Positions 1 to 11,996 of a DNA stretch of 64,000 nucleotides are shown piece by piece. Every line of letters starts with the position of its first letter. Within the stretch, counting starts at the first letter, position 1. A program made the translations under genes and the position numbers. This DNA comes from Octopus bimaculoides (lineage: Eukaryota): NCBI RefSeq assembly GCF_001194135.2, contig NC_068996.1, positions 20,147,863-20,211,862 on the forward strand. The letters are read 5' to 3'. A model generated the notes under the pieces. It ran no database searches, was not told where the DNA came from, and was given only the letters and a program-made list of their open reading frames with translations.

Positions 1-135
1 CGCACACATATATATATACATACATACGCGCACACACACACAAACATATATATATAAAATAAATAAATGCGCCCAAATAAATGTATATATATATGTATAT
101 ATGTGTATATATAAGTGTATATATATATGTAAATG

Positions 136-169
<34 letters not shown>

Positions 170-206
170 TATTAATACTTCATATAGAGAATTAACATTA
201 TATATA
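1..206. repeat. (TA)n/(CA)n low-complexity microsatellite tract ending in an N gap
   Basis: Direct reading of TA/CA dinucleotide runs; gap at 207-299. Confidence 0.9.
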
Positions 207-443
207 NNNNNNNNNNNNNNNNNNNNNNNNNNNNNNNNNNNNNNNNNNNNNNNNNNNNNNNNNNNNNNNNNNNNNNNNNNNNNNNNNNNNNNNNNNNNNT
301 ATATATAGGTATGTAAAGGCAAAAATGTAACAACCAAAACCGAAACCCCAACCCACCAAACAAAAAACAGAAAACGCCATGGAGGATCCAATGCCATCCA
401 AAACCCTACGGGAAAGAAGACATTTGAAAGGCACTCAAGAAGC

Positions 444-510
444 TGCAGATTTTACCTGCAAGGCAAATGTTGGCATGGGGAAGACGGCAAACTCCCGGTT
501 TGCCCACCCG
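444..510 (+). pseudogene. Frameshifted CCCH-type zinc-finger remnant in LINE ORF1
   Basis: 444-491 reads CRFYLQGKCWHGEDGK; after a 1-nt shift 496-510 reads RFAHP. The third Cys is lost at the frameshift. Confidence 0.6.
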
Positions 511-916
511 ACACCCCACCAAAATAACAGAGGCCTTAAGGAGACAAACGTCCCTGAGGAAAGACAATAAATGTTTCCAAGGAAGAAATTTATAAAAGAA
601 CTGCGCTTTTCAGAGGTTATGCGCAAGGCAGCAGTTGAGCAAGGGTCTTTTTTGTGCATGGCGCAAAATATTGTGCCGCAGCTGACCTGGCTACACCAAG
701 CACAAACAAGGAATCTTGCCTACTACTGCGCAAGACCACCACAATAAACAGACATGGGATGGCCTCCCCTAACACCGCCAATATTTTCACTAAATATTGG
801 GGGCCTGTTGCATTATAATAATAAAATCAAAATTTCTTTCCTAAGAGACCTTGCTGTATGTAATCACGCCCTATGCATAGCACTCCTGGAAACTCACCTC
901 AGCCCTGATATAGAGG

Positions 917-1795
917 ATGCAGAAGTACACGTACCAAAATATGTCATACTGCGAACAGACAGAAGGGAAAGGAGCCATGGTGGAGTNNNNNNNNNNAACA
1001 GACAGAAGGGAAAGGAGCCATGGTGGAGTTGCTGTATACATCCGTGACGACCTCACACCCCAGGTCTTACTGTCATACTCAAATTCGGTATGTGACATTC
1101 TAATTGTATACATAATACAACACAATATAATCATATGCAATACATATTGCCCACCGGATGCTCCAAACCACATATGCAAATTTGAAGATTGCCTCACAAG
1201 AATTAAAGAAATCCTCAGGAAACTAGAACACCACGTGACGATATTTCTTATGAATGATTTCAACTTCCCCAACGTCAAATGGCCCGAAGGTCTCATAATC
1301 TCAGGAATGACTTATCGCAAGCAAGCACAGGTGGAGTCCCTGCTCAACCTCACCAATGCCCTATTCACGGAGCAAGCTGTACTTAGACCAACTAGGGTGA
1401 ATAACATTCTGGATCTCTGCTTCACGAACAATATGGACATCATTCATGATGTGAAAGTGACGCCGACATTAGTCTCGGATCACAACATAATAGAGCTGTC
1501 TATGTTTGGGCCGAAAGAAACCAGAGACATACAGCCTAAAGGAAGCACCCAAAATCTCTCCAGTCTGAACTTCCACAAAGCGGACTGGAAATCGATCCAA
1601 AAAGAGATCCTCACACAGGACTGGCCAAAATGTCTCTCCAAACCAGACACAGACATGAAACTAGAATGTTTCATGTTTGTTGTGCAAGCCATATGCCAGA
1701 TATATGTCCCAGAGCACAAGGCCAAAACAAATAGGAACAAGATTCCAAGGGAGAGGAAGATCCTCATGAGACGACGGACGACGGTTGCAAATTGA
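917..1795 (+). pseudogene. LINE ORF2 apurinic-like endonuclease domain (interrupted)
   Basis: ORF track: GGVAVYIRDDL, NTYCPPD, NDFNFP, LDLCFTNN, SDHNIIE. Confidence 0.9.
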
Positions 1796-2198
1796 CTCAA
1801 CCAACATCCTAAAAGTAGCGAAATCTCCCGCCTAAAAACAATAATGATGGAGATTGAAAAAAGGGCTGCAACAATCCTATGTGAGGGAGAGAGCAAACAA
1901 AGAAGCCTGGGTTATAAAAAATATTAAGTCAAACCCAAAGGTCTTCTTTCATTACGCGAAAGAAACAGCCTCAGTACGCTGCAAGATAGGACGCCTACAA
2001 AAGCATGGCTCCCTCACAGACAGTCCAACTAGGATCAGTGAAGTACTGAATGACCAGTTCAAAAGTGTCTTACAACCCCGTTGGAACACAGACAAGCGAA
2101 TGAACCAGTGGACTTCTTTTCTGCCTCACCTATAACCAGCGAGGCAATTACAATGGAATACATCGACATTAGCGAAGATGATATACTACTACCCATAG

Positions 2199-3551
2199 AT
2201 GAGGTGGACGCAAACTCAACTGCTGGTCTTGATGGTTTTCCCAACAATCCTCCTCAAATCGTGTAAGCATGCCCTAGCAAAGCCCCTCCGGATTCTCTTC
2301 CTGAGCTTTCTTGCAAATGGCAGATTACCAAGCAAGTTGAAGGAGGGGATAATATGCCCAATCCATAAAGAGAGATTCAGAGCAGATGCCAAAAACTCCA
2401 GGCCTATATCTCTTACTTCACACATCAGCAAAGTCATGGAACGGATAGTCAGAGGGAAACTAATCGTATTCTTTGAAGAAAATAACTTGCTGAGTGATAC
2501 CCAGCATGGCTTTCGACCAGGTAGGAGCTGCCTGACCCAGCTCTTACAACATTACGACTGGGTGTTGAGGCAGTTACTCAACAACTTAAATGTGGATGTA
2601 ATATACCTTTATTTTGCAAAAGCTCTTTACGAAGTGGATCATATGCCACAAACTGTGTGATCTCGGCATAGCTGGAAAACTTGAAGAGTTGTTACATGAC
2701 TTTCTGAAAGATAGAAGTCAGGCAGTAATGGCCAATGGAGCCACCTCTATGAAAACAAATAGTGAGCGGTGTTCCACAGGGCACTGTCTTGGGACCACTG
2801 CTTTTCATAATGGCCCTCAAGTGCCCGGATAGCCACCCTTGCAGGCTACGTCGACGATACAAAAGTCTCGCAGAAAATACAGAACTCCAGTGATGTTGCA
2901 TATCTGCAGCNNNNNNNNNNCGATACAAAAGTCTCGCAGAAAATACAGAACTCCAGTGATGTTGCATATCTGCAGCAGGAGTTGGACTCAATTTACAGAT
3001 GGGCTGAGGATAATAATATGCAGTTTAATGCTGAAAAGTTCCAAGCCCTGCGCTACCAGCGTCCAAAACTGAATATGTAACTTACAGGGTACACTGGTCC
3101 ACAGGGAATTTCAGTCCCAGAGCCTAAGTCAGTGAGGGACCTGGGTATCGATATGAGTGATGATACCGTTTTCCAAGTGCACATTACCAGGATGGCGACA
3201 AAGTGCAGACGACTGGCTGAATGGATTCTGAGAACGTTCAGAACCAGAGATAAGGAAACCATGATGGTCCTTTGGAGGACATTCGTCCTCAGCCGCCTGG
3301 ATTACTGCTCACAGCTATGGTCACCCACCAGTGTGAAATTAACAGCGGACCTTGAAGCAATCCAGAGAAGATTTACAAAGAAGATCGTCTCTTTGCAACT
3401 GCTCAGCTACTGGGAAAGGCTGAAACAGCTAAGACTCTACTCCCTGGAGAGAAGACGGCAAAGGTATGCAGTAATATACATCTGGAAGATCCTGAAAGGA
3501 ATTGTGCCAAATTTTGGTATTGAAAGCTACACCAATGCCAGAATGGGATGA
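2199..3551 (+). pseudogene. LINE ORF2 reverse transcriptase domain and C-terminus (frameshifted)
   Basis: Pieces in ORFs 2199-2660, 2614-2832, 2839-3072 and 3132-3551 carry RT motifs in the expected order. Confidence 0.9.
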
Positions 3552-4184
3552 CACTGCATAGTGCCAAAGATNNNNNNNNNNNNNNNNNNNNNNNNNNNNN
3601 NNNNNNNNNNNNNNNNNNNNNNNNNNNNNNNNNNNNNNNNNNNNNNNNNNNNNNNNNNNNNNNNNNNNNNNNNNNNNNNNNNNNNNNNNNNNNNNNNNNN
3701 NNNNNNNNNNNNNNNNNNNNNNNNNNNNNNNNNNNNNNNNNNNNNNNNNNNNNNNNNNNNNNNNNNNNNNNNNNNNNNNNNNNNNNNNNNNNNNNNNNNN
3801 NNNNNNNNNNNNNNNNNNNNNNNNNNNNNNNNNNNNNNNNNNNNNNNNNNNNNNNNNNNNNNNNNNNNNNNNNNNNNNNNNNNNNNNNNNNNNNNNNNNN
3901 NNNNNNNNNNNNNNNNNNNNNNNNNNNNNNNNNNNNNNNNNNNNNNNNNNNNNNNNNNNNNNNNNNNNNNNNNNNNNNNNNNNNNNNNNNNNNNNNNNNN
4001 NNNNNNNNNNNNNNNNNNNNNNNNNNNNNNNNNNNNNNNNNNNNNNNNNNNNNNNNNNNNNNNNNNNNNNNNNNNNNNNNNNNNNNNNNNNNNNNNNNNN
4101 NNNNNNNNNNNNNNNNNNNNNNNNNNNNNNNNNNNNNNNNNNNNNNNNNNNNNNNNNNNNNNNNNNNNNNNNNNNNNNNNNNNN

Positions 4185-4225
<41 letters not shown>

Positions 4226-4260
4226 GTATGTATATATATATACACATACACATATATAAT

Positions 4261-4662
4261 CTTAAGCATTCATTTTGCTTGTGATAAGGCTTGTATAATT
4301 CATTATCTAGAAAAAATGGTTTTTCTAGCGGCTAGAAAAACCATTATTGAATTTTATGGTAAATATTGGACTAGAACTGATGGACCTGCTTTTTTTCGAT
4401 ATTACAATGGGATCAAGTGATTCGGTCTTTATATTCTTTATTGTATACATAATGAATTTCCAGAATTAGGAGACGGATTATATGGAGATGACGCTTTTTT
4501 CACTGTATATAAATCTAATGATTAATTTAGAAAGGTGTAGAAAAATTCTTTATAAATTCTTCAAGTGTCTTGATCTTTCTATTACTATAGAAAATGAATA
4601 TACTAGGGTTGCTTTTCTGGATATTACTCTTGGTTTACATAATGAATTATACCAGTTATATC

Positions 4663-4696
<34 letters not shown>

Positions 4697-5005
4697 CAAC
4701 AACAACAACAATAATAATAATAATAATAATAATAATGTATGCTTAAGATATATAAATAAAAATTCTAATCAAGAAGCATAAATTCAATCTTTAAGAATAT
4801 ATCTACTCGTATTTCGAAAGTTTCGGCTAATGAGGATATATTTAAATCAAAATCAAAACTTATTAAATCCATGCATTATTGGAAGCTGGATATAGAAATA
4901 AGGTTTACTATATCCAGTATCATCGTAATAATAATGAAGTTCTAGAAAATGGTTGGATTATAGATATGTTGAAAATTAATAAAGAGTATAAGAAAACTAA
5001 AAATC
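4261..5005 (+). mobile_element. Penelope-like element RT/thumb fragment (AT-rich lineage), interrupted by (AAT)n expansions
   Basis: Translations FDITMGSSD, GLYGDD, ERCRKILYKFFKCLDLSITIEN..VAFLDITL..LRYINKNSN and ILKNISTRISKVSANEDIF..ALLEAGY match the PLE pattern FDVTMGSxDG / GLYRDD / FLDVTL / YINxxSNHP. Confidence 0.8.
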
Positions 5006-5013
5006 TAGTTAGA

Positions 5014-5081
<68 letters not shown>

Positions 5082-5182
5082 CAACAACAACAACAATAAT
5101 AATAATAATAATAATAACAACAACAACAACAACAACAATAATAATAATAATAATAATAATAACAACAACAACAATAATAATG

Positions 5183-5222
<40 letters not shown>

Positions 5223-5248
5223 CAACAACAACAACAACAATAATAATG

Positions 5249-5312
<64 letters not shown>
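5005..5312 (+). repeat. Compound (AAT)n/(AAC)n microsatellite
   Basis: Direct reading. Confidence 0.97.
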
Positions 5313-5314
<2 letters not shown>

Positions 5315-5780
5315 GGCTTGATGCAGTACCAGGCAGTGGCTTTCATGGTTACTTATCTTAACTGTTTTGTCTCGGTTTAAAAGATGGTCTACACCTTTCT
5401 GCTCAATACCACAGATTTGCTTATCAGTTTGCATCTCTGATCACGAACAGAAGTAGTGGGGGAGCATCATAGCCATGTGTTGAGAGGAATTCTTTGGGGT
5501 TTGAATAATTCACCTTTGGAAACGTGGGTGCTTCGTTCAACACCCTCCAACAACCATTATTTAGGGATCTTTTGAGCGGGATGGGCTATTCGACCTGAAG
5601 AAATTTCTAACTGGGCTCTACCTCCAGAGTCATGCGCTGTTTATTTTGATATGAGATCATTATGTCACGCACATATGGTTGTGATGCATGTAGCTAGTGT
5701 ACGAATAATCATGATGGGTATACTGAGCTTCGTATATTTTACACAATTGTCATTTGATGGCATGCACTGCTCTCTCACTC
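5313..5780 (+). mobile_element. Unclassified non-coding interspersed repeat (family X) flanked by (AAT)n
   Basis: Its 3' part matches the reverse complement of 54925-55165 (shared atatacgaagc, atacccatca, ctacatgcatcacaaccatatgtgcg, gatctcatat). No ORF and no obvious Pol III boxes. Confidence 0.75.
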
Positions 5781-5814
5781 AATAATAATAACATTAATAA
5801 CTAATAATAATATT

Positions 5815-6487
5815 ATCTCTGGCTGCCCAGTCCTGGCTAAGAAGGAATATATTCACAGACACGACAGAGCTGGGACCTATATACACTGGAAGCTATGCCA
5901 ACATTATGGAATAGCAACAGAAAAAAGATGGTATAAACACACGCCAGAAAAGGTCACAGAAAACGAGAAAGAAACCATACTCTGGGATATGCCAATACAC
6001 ACAGATAGAGAAATTAAGGAAAATAGACCAGATATAGTTGTCAAAGATCATGAAGAAAAAAAATGCTTTCTAATTGATGTATCAATACCAGCAGATGACA
6101 ACGTTTCTCTAAAAGAAATGGAAAAACTTTCAAAATACAAAGACCTGGAAATAGAGATAACTCGAATGTGGAATCTAAAANNNNNNNNNNNNNNNNNNNN
6201 NNNNNNNNNNNNNNNNNNNNNNNNNNNNNNNNNNNNNNNNNNNNNNNNNNCCTTAGGTATAATAAAAAAATATTCAGACAAATACATAACAAAAACACCA
6301 GGACTTACAAATATATATAACATACAGAAAATTGCACTACTGGGTACTGCACACATTCTACGCAAAACACTTTCAATACAGTAAACATAAGAGCACCACA
6401 GCAAACCACAGCACATGCCCAAGGCGCACAGAGCTGCGCTCGGTAGTGAAGTGAAAGCACGTTATAAAAATAAAACTACTGAACAAC

Positions 6488-6559
<72 letters not shown>

Positions 6560-6560
6560 T
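5815..6560 (+). mobile_element. 5'-truncated R4/Dong-type non-LTR element: RLE endonuclease C-terminus, 3' UTR and (TAA)n tail
   Basis: SGCPVLAKKEYIHRHD..IHWKLC, NRPDIVVKDH..CFLIDVSIP, EKLSKYKDL, QKIALLGTAHILRK stop at 6384; (TAA)n from about 6485. Confidence 0.93.
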
Positions 6561-6830
6561 ATAATGGCAGAAATTCAAAAGGTAGTGCTAATGGGAACTG
6601 CCCATATTCTACTTAAAATATTGTCTATGTAATCTCAAACTTTAAAACAATCTTATATTTCTTTAATGTTTCCTTAAACAGTCTCGAGAACAATACTCTG
6701 TGCAAAACCAAATATATGACACTCTAGGCATTACACCAACTTGAACTTCTAACTTATTATCTCTTGAGGTCTCTGGGTGAGACTTGGAGTCAACTTGTAC
6801 AAATAGAAAGCAAAAGTGAAACCTATGATA
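6561..6830 (+). mobile_element. 3' tip of a second R4/Dong family (last residues plus 3' UTR)
   Basis: MAEIQKVVLMGTAHILLKILSM-stop matches the LGTAHILRK terminus; the 3' UTR differs from 6385-6484. Confidence 0.8.
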
Positions 6831-6839
6831 ATGATGATA

Positions 6840-6921
<82 letters not shown>
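6827..6921 (+). repeat. (GAT)n microsatellite
   Basis: Direct reading. Confidence 0.97.
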
Positions 6922-6922
<1 letters not shown>

Positions 6923-7885
6923 AACTCACTTTCACCACTAATTTTCTGCATAGCACGTATATGGATGATTTGAAATTATATGTCAAAGATGATGAAGAGC
7001 TTCAAGGACTACTACATACCGTGAAAGGATTCAGTGAAGATATCGGGATGGAGTTTGGCCTTGAAAAGTGTGCCAAAGCCACTTTTAAGAAAGGGAAACT
7101 GGTAAAGTCAAGTTCAATAGAATTAGATGTCGAAACAGTAATAAAGGAACTTGAGCAGGAACAAACCTATAAATACCTAGGAATAAATGAAGGCTCTGGT
7201 ATCCAGCATGCAAGCATGAAAGAGAAGGTTAGGAAGGAATGTTATAGAAGAGTTCGAGCAGTTCTGAAGTCTGAGCTGAATGCATATAATAAGGTGTTTG
7301 CCATAAATTCCTTAGCAGTCCCAGTTGTTCTTTATAGCTTCAATGTGCTTAACTGGAATACCAGTGAAATAATCAAAATTGAAAGAAAAATCCGCAAGCT
7401 ACTGACTTGTAATAAGATGCACCATCCAAAGGCAGAAGTGGATCGTCTTTACCTTCCCAGAGCTCAGGGAGGTCGGGGCTTGATCCAGCTTGAACTTACA
7501 TACAAAACCACTACAATCGGACTGGCCAAATACCTTGAAACAACCAACGATTGAATGCCGAAACTTGTTGAAAAACATGAAAGACAGAAAAAAATTCACT
7601 CTATTCTGAAAGAGAGCAAAAAATTCGCTACTGATCTCTTAGATACCCACCAGCTTGATCAGGTTGAAGGAAATGCGTCAACTGCTGCTGCAAAGAAAAT
7701 AAAATTGATTGCAAAGACAAAAGCACATGAAAAATTAGCTAGCAGATGGGAAGAGAACCCTCTGCATGGCAAGTATGTGGCTCGTAGCAAACAAGCTGAT
7801 GTCGACCAGAAACACACGCATCAATGGCTACGAAGCTCAGGGCTAAAAGCAGAGAGTGAAGGTTTCATATTAGCTGCTCAAGACC
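6922..7885 (+). mobile_element. R4/Dong RT fragment with internal deletion
   Basis: SLSPLIFCIA joined directly to YMDDLKLY; GMEFGLEKCAKA, YKYLGINE, VDRLYLPRAQGGRGL, WLRSSGLKAESEGFILAAQD. Confidence 0.93.
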
Positions 7886-8229
7886 GATTTTTTTCACATA
7901 ACGTAATTGACTTATTCATGAATAAAGAAACTCGCCTGAAAGAGCTGTAGTGGACCTCAGCACATTTGTGTTATTATTTATACTATACCACACTCGGAAC
8001 TTTTCATGCGTTGGATCTTGACTGTACATTGGGCCGTAAACTGCATGCCGAAGTTTATTTTTGTATGATTTTAAGTAGATGTTGAGTGTATCTGGCCTAT
8101 ACTTGTAGATGTAATAGTAACAGGAAGGACAAATCTTTATATATTCTTGTATTTAAGTAAGTGTCCGTACACATTGTTGACACAAGGGTATGCTGTCCTC
8201 GATTCTATCTTGATTATATTGGATCCTGC

Positions 8230-8305
<76 letters not shown>

Positions 8306-8906
8306 NNNNNNNNNNNNNNNNNNNNNNNNNNNNNNNNNNNNNNNNNNNNNNNNNNNNNNNNNNNNNNNNNNNNNNNNNNNNNNNNNNNNNNNNNNNNNNN
8401 NNNNNNNNNNNNNNNNNNNNNNNNNNNNNNNNNNNNNNNNNNNNNNNNNNNNNNNNNNNNNNNNNNNNNNNNNNNNNNNNNNNNNNNNNNNNNNNNNNNN
8501 NNNNNNNNNNNNNNNNNNNNNNNNNNNNNNNNNNNNNNNNNNNNNNNNNNNNNNNNNNNNNNNNNNNNNNNNNNNNNNNNNNNNNNNNNNNNNNNNNNNN
8601 NNNNNNNNNNNNNNNNNNNNNNNNNNNNNNNNNNNNNNNNNNNNNNNNNNNNNNNNNNNNNNNNNNNNNNNNNNNNNNNNNNNNNNNNNNNNNNNNNNNN
8701 NNNNNNNNNNNNNNNNNNNNNNNNNNNNNNNNNNNNNNNNNNNNNNNNNNNNNNNNNNNNNNNNNNNNNNNNNNNNNNNNNNNNNNNNNNNNNNNNNNNN
8801 NNNNNNNNNNNNNNNNNNNNNNNNNNNNTGTAATACCGTTGTATTGCAATAGCAGACGCTTACGTGTACTTCTCGTACAGACTTAGCTGATCTACCATAT
8901 ATATAT

Positions 8907-9320
8907 TACTCTTTTTACTCTTTTACTTGTTTCAATCATTTGACTGCGGCCATGCTGGAGCACCGCCTTTAGTCGAGCAAATCGACCCCAGGACTTATTC
9001 TTTGTAAGCCTAGTACTTATTCTATCGGTCTCTTTTGCCGAACCACTAAGTTACGGGGACGTAAACACACCAGCATCGGTTGTCAGGCGATGTTGCGGGG
9101 ACAAACACAGACACACAAACATATGCACACACACACATACATATATATATATACATATATACGACGGGCTTCTTTCAGTTTCCGTCTACTAAATCCACTC
9201 AAGGCTTTGCTCAGCCCGAGGCTATAGTAGAAGACACTTGCCCAAGGTGCCACGCAGAGGGAATGAACCCAGAACCATGTGGTTGGTAAGCAAGCTACTT
9301 ACCACACAGGCACTCATGTA
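8907..9320 (-). mobile_element. tRNA-derived SINE family A, full-length copy with internal (CA)/(TA) tract
   Basis: Minus strand shows an A-box-like GCCTGTGTGG and a B-box-like GGTTCATTCCC, then ccttgggcaag (CORE-like), an internal microsatellite and a 3' aagagtaaa tail. Many homologous copies occur in the window. Confidence 0.88.
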
Positions 9321-9399
9321 CATATGCATATGCACATATGCACATATGCATATACATATATATATGCATACACACACACACATATATATACATATATAC

Positions 9400-9600
9400 A
9401 TTTTTTTTCATCATGTAACCTCGTGGGCATCGGTACCATTTTCCTCTTTCTCCGTTCTTCCATTCTCCGAACTTTCCATCTTTCCGACGAAGGGCTACGC
9501 CCGAAACGTCATACACTCTCTCTTTCCTTTCCTGAGCGTCCAATAATACTATCCATATCACGTCCTCACTTTGTTGTTTTTTTTGTTTTTTTGTTATTGT
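9400..9600 (+). mobile_element. PLE-type terminal (pLTR-like) fragment with degenerate hammerhead-like motif at 9484-9510
   Basis: CCGACGA-A-GGGC-TAC-GCCC-GAAA-C-GTC: one mismatch to CUGANGA, intact stem II and GAAA, helix I pairing not evident. Confidence 0.5.
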
Positions 9601-10114
9601 GTTTTTGAACTATATATATATATATATNNNNNNNNNNNNNNNNNNNNNNNNNNNNNNNNNNNNNNNNNNNNNNNNNNNNNNNNNNNNNNNNNNNNNNNNN
9701 NNNNNNNNNNNNNNNNNNNNNNNNNNNNNNNNNNNNNNNNNNNNNNNNNNNNNNNNNNNNNNNNNNNNNNNNNNNNNNNNNNNNNNNNNNNNNNNNNNNN
9801 NNNNNNNNNNNNNNNNNNNNNNNNNNNNNNNNNNNNNNNNNNNNNNNNNNNNNNNNNNNNNNNNNNNNNNNNNNNNNNNNNNNNNNNNNNNNNNNNNNNN
9901 NNNNNNNNNNNNNNNNNNNNNNNNNNNNNNNNNNNNNNNNNNNNNNNNNNNNNNNNNNNNNNNNNNNNNNNNNNNNNNNNNNNNNNNNNNNNNNNNNNNN
10001 NNNNNNNNNNNNNNNNNNNNNNNNNNNNNNNNNNNNNNNNNNNNNNNNNNNNNNNNNNNNNNNNNNNNNNNNNNNNNNNNNNNNNNNNNNNNNNNNNNNN
10101 NNNNNNNNNNNNNN

Positions 10115-11101
10115 AACAGTCACAGGGAGCAAGATCGGGTGAATAGGGAAGATGGATAAGCGATGTCATGCCATTTTTAGCAAAAACTGTCTCACATTCA
10201 AGGTGGTGGGCGCAGGTGCATAGTCAAGATGATACCACCACTCTCCGCTTTGCCATAGGTCGGACGTCTTCGCCTCACCGCGTCTCGCAAACGTTTCAGA
10301 ATGGCTGGTTAACAGTTTGACCAGGAGGAACAAATTCTGTGTGGACAATTCCTTTCGTATCAGTGAAACAAATCAGCAACGTCTTCACATTGGACTTCAC
10401 TTGACGCGCTTTTTTTGGAACGTGGTGACATTGAATGCCCCTATTGACTTGATTGCTGCTTCGTTTCCGCATCGTAGCCGTAGCATCAGCTTTCGTCACC
10501 AGTGATGACATTCTGAAAAAGGTTCGGATCAACTTCCAACTGTTTTTTTTCAGTTCATGGTACATATTCGGTCGTGACTGTTTTTGATCTTCCGTGAGCA
10601 AGCGAGACACAAATTTTGCTGCAACTCTTCATTCGCAATTCCTTGCGCAAAATTCGTTAGCAGGAACTCCAGGATACACCAGTTATATCAACAAGTTTGT
10701 CAATTGTTTGGCGGCGGTCCTTCATGTTTTCATTCGTTCAAGAGGTCGACGGTCGCCCTGAACGAAGTTGATCTTCAAGCGAAAGGTGACCATTCATAAA
10801 ACGTGAAAACAACACATAAACTTCTGTTTTGCTCGTGGCAGTATCCTTGTAAGCATGACAACTCTTTCGGTTGTCGTTTTCCCCAGCAGAAAACAAAATT
10901 TCACGGAAGCACGCTGAACCTTCGTTTCAGCCATCGCAAAAATCGACGAAACGAAAACGCACCACGTAGGAGTTCACTCAACGACGCTGGTTGGCAGACT
11001 GATGCCTAAGGGTCGTTTCACGTGGCTTCAAGCAGCGGAAGCGTGCACAACAACGGGATTGTCTCATAGTGTATATTTCCGATTACTTTTGGGCACCCTT
11101 A

Positions 11102-11103
<2 letters not shown>
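10115..11103 (-). mobile_element. Decayed mariner transposon, 5' TIR retained, 3' end in gap
   Basis: Minus strand: RLLTEDQKQSR, KARQVKSNVKTLLICFTDTKGIVHTEFVPPGQTVNQ, WWYHLDYAPA, HLPYSPDLAPCD. TIR-like TACTAAGGGTGCCCAAAAGTAATCGG next to a TA run. Confidence 0.9.
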
Positions 11104-11153
<50 letters not shown>

Positions 11154-11996
11154 GTATACGCACAGAGACAGTAGATAAAATTTGTAATCGATATAGATTA
11201 TTGAAGTACATGAAGTCGATGGCTCCAGCATTGCAACGATCCGCAGTAAATCAGAGAAATAAAATAAAATGAAATATAAATCATTTATATATTTTTAACA
11301 TCCATAGAAATAAATCTCAATGGCAACATCTTGCAGAAGAGCCACACCTTGGCAGTTATTGATCTGTAGAACAGTGTCTATTATTTAACAGAAAAATCAA
11401 TTATTTTTATTAGAACTGAGGTTTAATCTTTGATCATAATCACCCAATTCTTGAAACATACAGGACGTAGACATTCGTTGAAATTTTGCTTCCTCTAGTA
11501 GCCATGGTCAAGAAAATGTTGAGTAATGATCACAATACACAGCTGAAATAGAAAAAATATTAGTACCATATCATTATACAGCTTAATGGACAGTCCCTCT
11601 TAGAGGAAAGGAGTCCGTTAATTTTATCAGACTGAAATGAAATTGGCATACCTGTAGAGTACCATGAAAAGTGGAGTAGCTTATCTCTGGTGGTTATTCA
11701 TAAGAGATTCACAGTAAATCAAAAACACGATTTTCTCTGGTTAGCCCCAAAACAAATTAGCGTAATTTAATATATCTAAGCAACGGTCGGTGGTAGAGAA
11801 AAGGCAAGGCCATTTCCGGAATCAGGCCAAACTTTTGCATGATAAACCCATAAAATATTAGAATAAACATACTTCTACAAAATTTTGTAACATATATATA
11901 TATATANNNNNNNNNNTATCCATGTAACACACGAACCTGTGTCCATTATAACCTTCGAACAGGAGAGGTCAGCCGCTTCCCCTTGCTGGTCTGGCA

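Larger units (their letters stand above)
320..3571 (+). mobile_element. Decayed CR1-group (Jockey superfamily) LINE: ORF1 remnant, APE endonuclease and reverse transcriptase; 3' end lost in a gap
   Basis: APE motifs: IALLETHL (ORF 754-1047), IFLMNDFNFPNVKW, NILDLCFTN and SDHNII (ORF 917-1795). RT motifs: RPISLTSHISKVMERIVR, QHGFRPGRSCLTQLL, YLYFAKAL, frameshifted VPQGTVLGPLLF, YVDDTK. CR1-type C-terminus LDYCSQLWSP...LEAIQRRFTKKI...YSLERRRQRY. Multiple stops and frameshifts. Confidence 0.93.

Noticed and set aside
954-1029. 33-bp direct repeat around a 10-N gap
   Set aside because: Identical sequence on both sides of a fixed 10-N spacer inside a LINE ORF; typical overlapping-contig artefact, not a TSD.
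2855-2976. 56-bp direct repeat around a 10-N gap
   Set aside because: Same assembly artefact.
4879-5434. Long poly-N/L/I/Y ORFs here, and similar H/T/C/V/Y/I-rich ORFs throughout the track
   Set aside because: These are translations of microsatellites or read-through of N gaps; no coding evidence.
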